Shown here piece by piece: positions 19,221 through 24,214 of a stretch of DNA of 24,214 nt (the stretch's first letter is position 1; each line of letters opens with the position of its first letter). This DNA is from a virus (Duplodnaviria; Caudoviricetes): positions 1-24,214 of the IMG/VR virus record IMGVR_UViG_3300005837_000630; one strand, 5' to 3'. Below the pieces are notes generated by a model that worked only from the letters and a program-made list of their open reading frames with translations, ran no database searches and was not told the DNA's origin. Made by a program: the position numbers and the translations under genes.

Positions 19221-19252
19221 AAAAGAGGGGGCTTTGCGGCCCCCTTTATTTT
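19221..19252. terminator. Bidirectional rho-independent terminator between the two arms
   Basis: Stem AGGGGGC (19226-19232) pairs with GCCCCCT (19239-19245) around the loop TTTGCG. TTTATTTT follows on +, and the A-run upstream provides the U-tract for -. Lies between convergent stops at 19218 and 19246. Confidence 0.92.
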
Positions 19253-19449
19253 AGTTTAAACAGTTCTGCAGCAAACCGTGCTATAGTCGCAACATCATCA
19301 AGCCTCTCTAATGCCCTCTCTCTTGGTCGAGAGTCGTGAAGATGACTTTCTATGTGACGTTTAGCAGGTAGCAACAGTGTAACCAGTTCATCATAAAACT
19401 TTTCCTGCTTGTCCTTTACGAGCCTTTTGGCTTCTTCTTCTATGCCCAT
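19246..19449 (-). CDS. 67-aa helical-hairpin protein, Acb2/Tad1-hairpin-like candidate
   Basis: Start moved to ATG 19449, 2 nt after the upstream TAA (MGIEEEAKRL...). Contains HIESHLHDSRPRERALERLDDVATIARFAA. Confidence 0.6.
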   Translation of the reverse strand: MGIEEEAKRLVKDKQEKFYDELVTLLLPAKRHIESHLHDSRPRERALERLDDVATIARFAAELFKLK

Positions 19450-19451
19450 AC

Positions 19452-19640
19452 TTATGCACTTTCTGGTACTTGGAAACAATACGTCTTAGCTGATGATTCT
19501 GGTGTAGGTCTAGTACTCATTAATCTGTCTTCCATCTGAACAGCTACCTCTTTACAAGAGCCAGAATCCATAAATAGGCCATCAAAAGCTTGAACTTTTA
19601 TACGGCCCTCAAACATCATAATGAGTACTAAAACATACAT
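19452..19640 (-). CDS. Small hypothetical protein with a hydrophobic N-terminus and two Cys
   Basis: MYVLVLIMMF...F.D...C..A......YC. TAATG-coupled to the upstream 39-aa ORF. Confidence 0.7.
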   Translation of the reverse strand: MYVLVLIMMFEGRIKVQAFDGLFMDSGSCKEVAVQMEDRLMSTRPTPESSAKTYCFQVPESA

Positions 19641-19759
19641 TAGAACCAGCCCATAACTTGATCTACAAGCGCTGGGCCATACTCAGCAGCTAGATTAACT
19701 ACCTCACCAACAGCTAACATACCAATAGTTGCGACTGCCATAAATTCAATACCTGTCAT
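19640..19759 (-). CDS. 39-aa hydrophobic peptide MTGIEFMAVATIGMLAVGEVVNLAAEYGPALVDQVMGWF (not in the ORF track)
   Basis: SD AAGGGA just upstream. Starts 1 nt after the glutaredoxin stop and ends in a TAATG overlap with the next gene. Confidence 0.75.
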   Translation of the reverse strand: MTGIEFMAVATIGMLAVGEVVNLAAEYGPALVDQVMGWF

Positions 19760-19760
19760 T

Positions 19761-19997
19761 TTATTCCCTTTCAAGGAGTTGTTTTAGTTCCTGATAACCA
19801 CCTATGCAGTTACCATCTTGATCCCAAATTTGTGGAACCGTCTTTATACCAGACTTTTTGAATAAGTCAAGTACCCATTTAGAGTCATTGAGAGAATAGT
19901 AATTAACTGTGTAACCACTATCCCTCAATAGACCCATAGCCTTTGAACAGTGAGGGCAGTCTACCCGCCCCACTAGAGTGTAAACACCATTTGCCAT
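19761..19997 (-). CDS. Glutaredoxin (NrdH/Grx-like RNR reductant)
   Basis: CPHC active site, TVPQI cis-Pro motif and IGGY. The true start is likely ATG 19997 (TAATG overlap with the RNR stop). Confidence 0.92.
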   Translation of the reverse strand: MANGVYTLVGRVDCPHCSKAMGLLRDSGYTVNYYSLNDSKWVLDLFKKSGIKTVPQIWDQDGNCIGGYQELKQLLERE

Positions 19998-21913
19998 TAG
20001 GTTATATCCACTATTTCGCAAGAGTCACCTGTGCAAGCCATAGTTTGACTTCCTGCAGTGTTATCTTCGTTTTCATACTCTGAAAGCTCTGACCAGTTAA
20101 TATCTTTTGGCATATCAGATAGTAACTCTTCGTACTCTTCCTTAGTGCAGTCCTGATAAGGAGCTTGCTGGTAAGTATGATCTGAGTGTGGCAAGAAAGA
20201 CACACCTGACATTTCATCAAAGTGTTTGTAAACAAATGCACCTACATCCATCCACTCAGAATCCCGTACCGATATAGTCACACTTGGCTTATGCTCACAC
20301 CAATGACGTTGATACGTTAGCCAAGTCTCTAGTTGCTCAATGGCAGTCATATCATTACGAGTGACAGCACCTTCTGGTGATTTAACTGGGAAGCTAAACA
20401 CTGTAGTAGTGTCACCCTTCATCACACAAGGTTCATTAGGAACGCCCTTATCTTTCATAAACTGAGTTAAGGGGTCTTTATTATCACCACGCACAGTACG
20501 GATATAATAGGCACTATGGCGAGCGTGAATCCCAGAGGCTGAATCCACCAACTGGGAGACTGTCCCGGACGGTTTGACGCAGCTAATTGCAGTGCTATGA
20601 GGTATACCAAGGCGGTCAGCCCATTCAGCGTTAGTAGTAACAGCAACATTTCTAAGGTGTTCAAGAGTCTTCTCCAATCCAGCGTTTGCTGATGTCATAA
20701 GAGGGTTGTCCATTATTCCCGTAAGTGACACACCAAGCAAGCGCTCTTCTTCTGTGTTGTTTGCCCACACCTTTCGCAAGTAGGGAAACTTTGTGTAGGA
20801 TGACTGAATGGTTCCCAGAATCGTAGCCATACGAACCTTTCTTTCCAGATCTGTAATAGTATCTGTAGCACGTACAACTACCTCTGTTAAGTTGCAGAAT
20901 TGATATGGACGTAAGATTATTTCGCTGCAGGGGTTAGTACCAAAGTCGTAATTACTATCCCTTCGCTTATATTTTTCAGCTTGTTTTTTACTTGCTTGAC
21001 GATTAAAGATACCACGCTCACCTGATTTAGACTCAACTAATGCCATCCACTCACGCATAAACGTTTCCATATCAGGCTTTTCAGTGTAACTGACACTGTT
21101 ATTAGCTAAGGCTCTCCAACTAGCAGTCTCCCACCACTGACCTGACTTAGCGTGACGCATACGATCATCACTCAGGTTAGACAGAGAAATCATAGCACTA
21201 CGGCGTACACCACCAACTACAACAATCTGACCAATGAAGCACATAAGATCGTGACACTCAACGCTGGATAGCTTACGTCCTTGTGCATTCTTAAACGTAG
21301 TGATAGCAAAGTTAAATAGTTCCACTAGAGGCGCTGGGCCACTAGCTCTACCACCAAACGTCTTAAGCCTAGCACCCGCAGGACGTACACGAGAAACATC
21401 CCACTTAGGGATCTCACCAGCCCAGAGGAGAGCAAGAACTTGACGGAACGCTTTAGCCCAACCTTCCTTACTGTCTTTGACAACGACAACAGTATCGCTA
21501 TCGAACAACTCAGGAACTTCTGGGAGTTTACTAACGTACTGCCGCTCGACGGAGAACCCGACACCAGTACCACACAAGAGGATGTACATAGCCTCATCGA
21601 AGGACTTAGGGTCATCTACGGGTAGATAGCTACAGTTATACCCGGCAGTGTTATCTCTGTCAAGTGCTGGCCCTGCAGTCATCATAGCTCTCATAGAAGG
21701 CATAACCTCTAAGCTAAGAATAGCTTGTTCAATATCGTGAGCAACATTAAAGTTAGCCTCACTAGCCCCACTGTCAACTACAGGTTCTACTACGTTATCC
21801 ATATAACGCTCTACTGTATCACCCCAAGTCTCACGCCCCTTACCGTCATAGTACTTAGCGTATCGTGACAAAGCAATGAAGCTCTGGTAGTCTGTTGGTA
21901 GGTAGTTATTCAT
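19997..21913 (-). CDS. nrdJ: Adenosylcobalamin-dependent class II ribonucleotide reductase (monomeric RTPR-type)
   Basis: PSMR, YNC, GTGVGFS, GGVRRSA, TNPCSEI (thiyl Cys), FCNLTE, VKPSGT and C-terminal CTGDSC shuttle cysteines. No ATP-cone and no adjacent beta subunit. Confidence 0.92.
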   Translation of the reverse strand: MNNYLPTDYQSFIALSRYAKYYDGKGRETWGDTVERYMDNVVEPVVDSGASEANFNVAHDIEQAILSLEVMPSMRAMMTAGPALDRDNTAGYNCSYLPVDDPKSFDEAMYILLCGTGVGFSVERQYVSKLPEVPELFDSDTVVVVKDSKEGWAKAFRQVLALLWAGEIPKWDVSRVRPAGARLKTFGGRASGPAPLVELFNFAITTFKNAQGRKLSSVECHDLMCFIGQIVVVGGVRRSAMISLSNLSDDRMRHAKSGQWWETASWRALANNSVSYTEKPDMETFMREWMALVESKSGERGIFNRQASKKQAEKYKRRDSNYDFGTNPCSEIILRPYQFCNLTEVVVRATDTITDLERKVRMATILGTIQSSYTKFPYLRKVWANNTEEERLLGVSLTGIMDNPLMTSANAGLEKTLEHLRNVAVTTNAEWADRLGIPHSTAISCVKPSGTVSQLVDSASGIHARHSAYYIRTVRGDNKDPLTQFMKDKGVPNEPCVMKGDTTTVFSFPVKSPEGAVTRNDMTAIEQLETWLTYQRHWCEHKPSVTISVRDSEWMDVGAFVYKHFDEMSGVSFLPHSDHTYQQAPYQDCTKEEYEELLSDMPKDINWSELSEYENEDNTAGSQTMACTGDSCEIVDIT

Positions 21914-22296
21914 CTGTTGTCTCCTGATCCCTTTAAAACACCACGCTGCTCTCTATCGTCAAGCTTTGCCATATTCATTTCCATAGTCTTTTGTAAATTA
22001 CCGCCAAAGATATTTGATAGCGCTGTTACATAAAATAAGACATCTCCTAATTCTTTCAAGATATCTTCATCACTAAATTTACCTTTATCTCTAAATACCT
22101 TTTTTATTTTTTCAGCCACTTCACCCGCTTCACCGCATAAACCTAGAGTGTTCTCTAACAAACGCTCTCTACCTTTAGTGAAGATCTTGTCTTCAACAAA
22201 CTGGCTGTAAAACCTAACAGGGTCTTTACTATAGTCAGGACTGTTCTGAAACATATCAAAATACCCAAATGCTTCTAGATCTGTCTCGTTAATCAT
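21910..22296 (-). CDS. mazG: MazG-like nucleoside triphosphate pyrophosphohydrolase
   Basis: LGLCGEAGEVAEKIKK..RD, ELGDVLFY, N..KL..R..RG.L.GSGDNR. SD AAGGA and ATGA overlaps at both ends. Confidence 0.9.
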   Translation of the reverse strand: MINETDLEAFGYFDMFQNSPDYSKDPVRFYSQFVEDKIFTKGRERLLENTLGLCGEAGEVAEKIKKVFRDKGKFSDEDILKELGDVLFYVTALSNIFGGNLQKTMEMNMAKLDDREQRGVLKGSGDNR

Positions 22297-22460
22297 TGCC
22301 GTTCCTTTATATTTAAGTTTTCTATTTTAATTGCTTCTGAGTCGTAGAACAAGTCTTTGACGTAATCATACACATCTTCCTCGTGAGCCTCTTGTACAGA
22401 TGAAAGGATGTGATTGTCTTCATCTAACTTAAGAAGAAAAGTTACACTAAACTTTCTCAT
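22293..22460 (-). CDS. 55-aa acidic hypothetical protein MRKFSVTFLLKLDEDNHILSSVQEAHEEDVYDYVKDLFYDSEAIKIENLNIKERQ (not in the ORF track)
   Basis: ATGA overlaps at both ends (22460-22457 and 22296-22293), filling the gap exactly. Confidence 0.8.
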   Translation of the reverse strand: MRKFSVTFLLKLDEDNHILSSVQEAHEEDVYDYVKDLFYDSEAIKIENLNIKERQ

Positions 22461-22759
22461 TTGTGTTTTCCTTTGTAGTTATCAATTAGCCAACCAAGAT
22501 ATACTTGAGCTTTCTCTAGATCTTCTAACCCATTCTTATACTCGTGACGCCATACATACTTTAGAACATTACCAGCCATATATGCACTTGTACCATCCAT
22601 CTTACAAGTCATAGCTCGTATAGCTTCAATACACTCTATACCAGCCTGATTGTAGTGAACAGGTTTGCTTACTGGATTGTGACCCACAACTGGTGGCTCT
22701 TTCTTAGTAAACTCTTCTTCCATACCTTCAAAAAGTTCCTCTATAGCAAAATCTGTCAT
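22457..22759 (-). CDS. DUF3310 / SaV-like protein (T7 gp1.7 nucleotide kinase-related)
   Basis: V.KP.HY..GIECIEAI, GNVLKYVWR..KNGLEDLEKA..YL. Start moved to ATG 22759 (TAATG overlap, SD GAGGGA). Confidence 0.88.
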   Translation of the reverse strand: MTDFAIEELFEGMEEEFTKKEPPVVGHNPVSKPVHYNQAGIECIEAIRAMTCKMDGTSAYMAGNVLKYVWRHEYKNGLEDLEKAQVYLGWLIDNYKGKHK

Positions 22760-23091
22760 TAAGCACTTCCCTCTGTCTTTGTCCATCTAGTAAGGCGAAG
22801 AACATTACCTTCTCTAGTTACCTCTGGTTTCTTTTTCTCTTCCATATAACCTTCCATTAACATATTACGATGATCTTCTATTTCATCTAGAATGTCTGGA
22901 TATTCTTCAACCCAGTCTAAGAAAGCTGACATAAGTGTTATAATGTGTACTAAATGAGCCTGTATAGTAGTTTCAATATGTGGAGAAACGTATATACCAG
23001 TAGCTATATCTCCTGACCAGCTTCCATCATCTTCCATAATAGGTTTAACAACCAAAGCCGCTTCATCTTCTTTTACTTCATACCGAGCCAT
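22759..23091 (-). CDS. Hypothetical acidic phage protein
   Basis: 110 aa with TAATG overlaps at both ends. No family recognised. Confidence 0.75.
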   Translation of the reverse strand: MARYEVKEDEAALVVKPIMEDDGSWSGDIATGIYVSPHIETTIQAHLVHIITLMSAFLDWVEEYPDILDEIEDHRNMLMEGYMEEKKKPEVTREGNVLRLTRWTKTEGSA

Positions 23092-23525
23092 TAGGCTTTC
23101 CTTCTTTTTACAGTTATCTTAGTTTCTTTACAAGGTTTTCCACGCTCTGTCAACCAATCCTTTGGTATTAGTCTGTGTGACCATTTGAAACCATACTTAT
23201 TACACCAATCCGAATAACGAGACTTAGCACCCTTATACAATCTAGAATTTGCATTACTAAATACGAACCTTATATCTAACTTAGGGTGTTGTCTTTTTAT
23301 TTCAAGATGTTTTCTTCTATCAGCTGCGCTAAAGATGCCTTTGGTTTCTATAATAATACCATTGTCCAGTTCAAAGTCTGGTGTGTATGTGCGGTACTTT
23401 AGATCTTCCCATTCTATCTTTAGCTTCTCGTATCGTACTTCTTTTTGATGCTCTGATAAAAAAGCAGCGGCCTCAACTTCAAGACCACTGCGATATAACC
23501 TAGTGTTATGTCTTCTTTTAGCCAT
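23091..23525 (-). CDS. T7 endonuclease I (gp3)-like Holliday junction resolvase
   Basis: YRSGLE, YTPDF, IETKG, H..I..QHP.LDIRFVFSN, WC.K.GF.W, IP..W. The start is 23525 or 23537. Confidence 0.92.
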   Translation of the reverse strand: MAKRRHNTRLYRSGLEVEAAAFLSEHQKEVRYEKLKIEWEDLKYRTYTPDFELDNGIIIETKGIFSAADRRKHLEIKRQHPKLDIRFVFSNANSRLYKGAKSRYSDWCNKYGFKWSHRLIPKDWLTERGKPCKETKITVKRRKA

Positions 23526-24214
23526 TAACTTCGACATAATTAACTAGGGGTGGAGTTAGTTTACCTTTGTACACCTTTGAGGGTAATACTTTTAGATTAG
23601 GGAAACACTTATGTTTAAACTGACAGAAAGTACAACCCTCATTTAACACAATGTTACCACTAGGTACTTTACGATAAGTCTCTGGAACAGGTTGAAAGCA
23701 ACGTTCAAAAGGTTCATCATTGTCAATATAATCAACAGTGTCTTGAATATCCTTAAGAACTTTCTCTTTATCTACCCCGGAAGCATCAACATACTTAAAC
23801 TCACCACTGTTCTTATTGATAACCCACCAGCCACCTACGTCTTTACCAGCACCCTCTGAGTAACCAACTAACTGAGATACATATCCAAACCCGTCACTCT
23901 TCTGCATCTCTTCAATAGAATCAAACTTGTTGTTGTATGAATACCAAGAGGCAGATTTAACATCGTCAATCCTTCCATCCATTTCCATATCATATTCTCC
24001 CTTAATCTCTTGACCATTAGGGAGTTTTAAAACAACTTTATCATTATCTTTGAAACTAACATCAGCGGCAGTAAGTAAACCTTTGAATACAGCCTCGACA
24101 ATATCCCCAAGAATCATATTCATAAGGAAGTGAGGTGGAAAAGGTTCCTTACCTTCTGGGTCATTCTTTTCAAACCATAGCTGGCACTTAGGCTTACCTA
24201 TGTTAGACATACGT
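23518..24214 (-). CDS. PD-(D/E)XK Cas4/RecB-like exonuclease, 5'-truncated by the window
   Basis: RMSNIG.P.C.LW, G...E, GEYD, DVKS, Y..QL..Y and C-terminal CTFCQFKHKC. The frame is open to the window edge. Confidence 0.85.
   Translation of the reverse strand, partial: RMSNIGKPKCQLWFEKNDPEGKEPFPPHFLMNMILGDIVEAVFKGLLTAADVSFKDNDKVVLKLPNGQEIKGEYDMEMDGRIDDVKSASWYSYNNKFDSIEEMQKSDGFGYVSQLVGYSEGAGKDVGGWWVINKNSGEFKYVDASGVDKEKVLKDIQDTVDYIDNDEPFERCFQPVPETYRKVPSGNIVLNEGCTFCQFKHKCFPNLKVLPSKVYKGKLTPPLVNYVEVNG

Noticed and set aside
20011-22614. Alternative-frame or antisense ORFs in the RNR region, and 22414-22614 (+)
   Set aside because: They overlap conserved genes, and the minus-strand coupled chain already explains the sequence.
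23518-24214. CRISPR-Cas locus suggested by the Cas4-like gene
   Set aside because: No repeat-spacer array or other cas genes are in the window, and the context is phage replication.
1-24214. tRNA, ncRNA, cobalamin riboswitch or discrete promoters
   Set aside because: There is almost no intergenic space, the region upstream of the RNR gene is coding, and I saw no convincing cloverleaf or repeated promoter consensus.
1-24214. Avoidance of GATC, GANTC, GGCC, GCWGC, GGYRCC or GGNNCC
   Set aside because: Examples are present: many GATC, GANTC, GGCC and GCWGC sites, GGCACC at about 18212, GGAACC at about 793 and GGATCC at about 8306.

Overview
This window is a fragment of a lytic-type dsDNA podophage genome with two converging arms that meet at a bidirectional intrinsic terminator (about 19221-19252). 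The + arm (1-19218) is virion morphogenesis: a repetitive Ser/Val/Thr fibre with a LamG-like insert, a fibre-tail adaptor, tail adaptor and nozzle, a second tail fibre followed by a polyglycine adhesin-like gene, a DUF6127-like membrane protein, internal virion proteins, a SleB-type cell-wall hydrolase and a holin-like protein. The - arm (19246-24214) is nucleotide and DNA metabolism: Cas4-like PD-(D/E)XK nuclease, T7 endonuclease I-like resolvase, DUF3310, MazG-like pyrophosphatase, B12-dependent class II RNR, glutaredoxin and three tiny ORFs. This layout matches what I know of Cobavirinae/Zobellviridae (SIO1/ICBM-like roseophages); that assignment is an inference, not a database result. Main observations: (i) I found no CATG, CCWGG or GGWCC sites, and codon choices look like escapes from them; (ii) a 67-aa ORF resembles Acb2/Tad1-type anti-defence hairpins; (iii) a multi-fibre adsorption apparatus includes an unannotated 36-aa RTVxI peptide; (iv) three coupled small genes are missing from the ORF track. 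All family calls and motif scans were done by eye and need HMM or k-mer confirmation.
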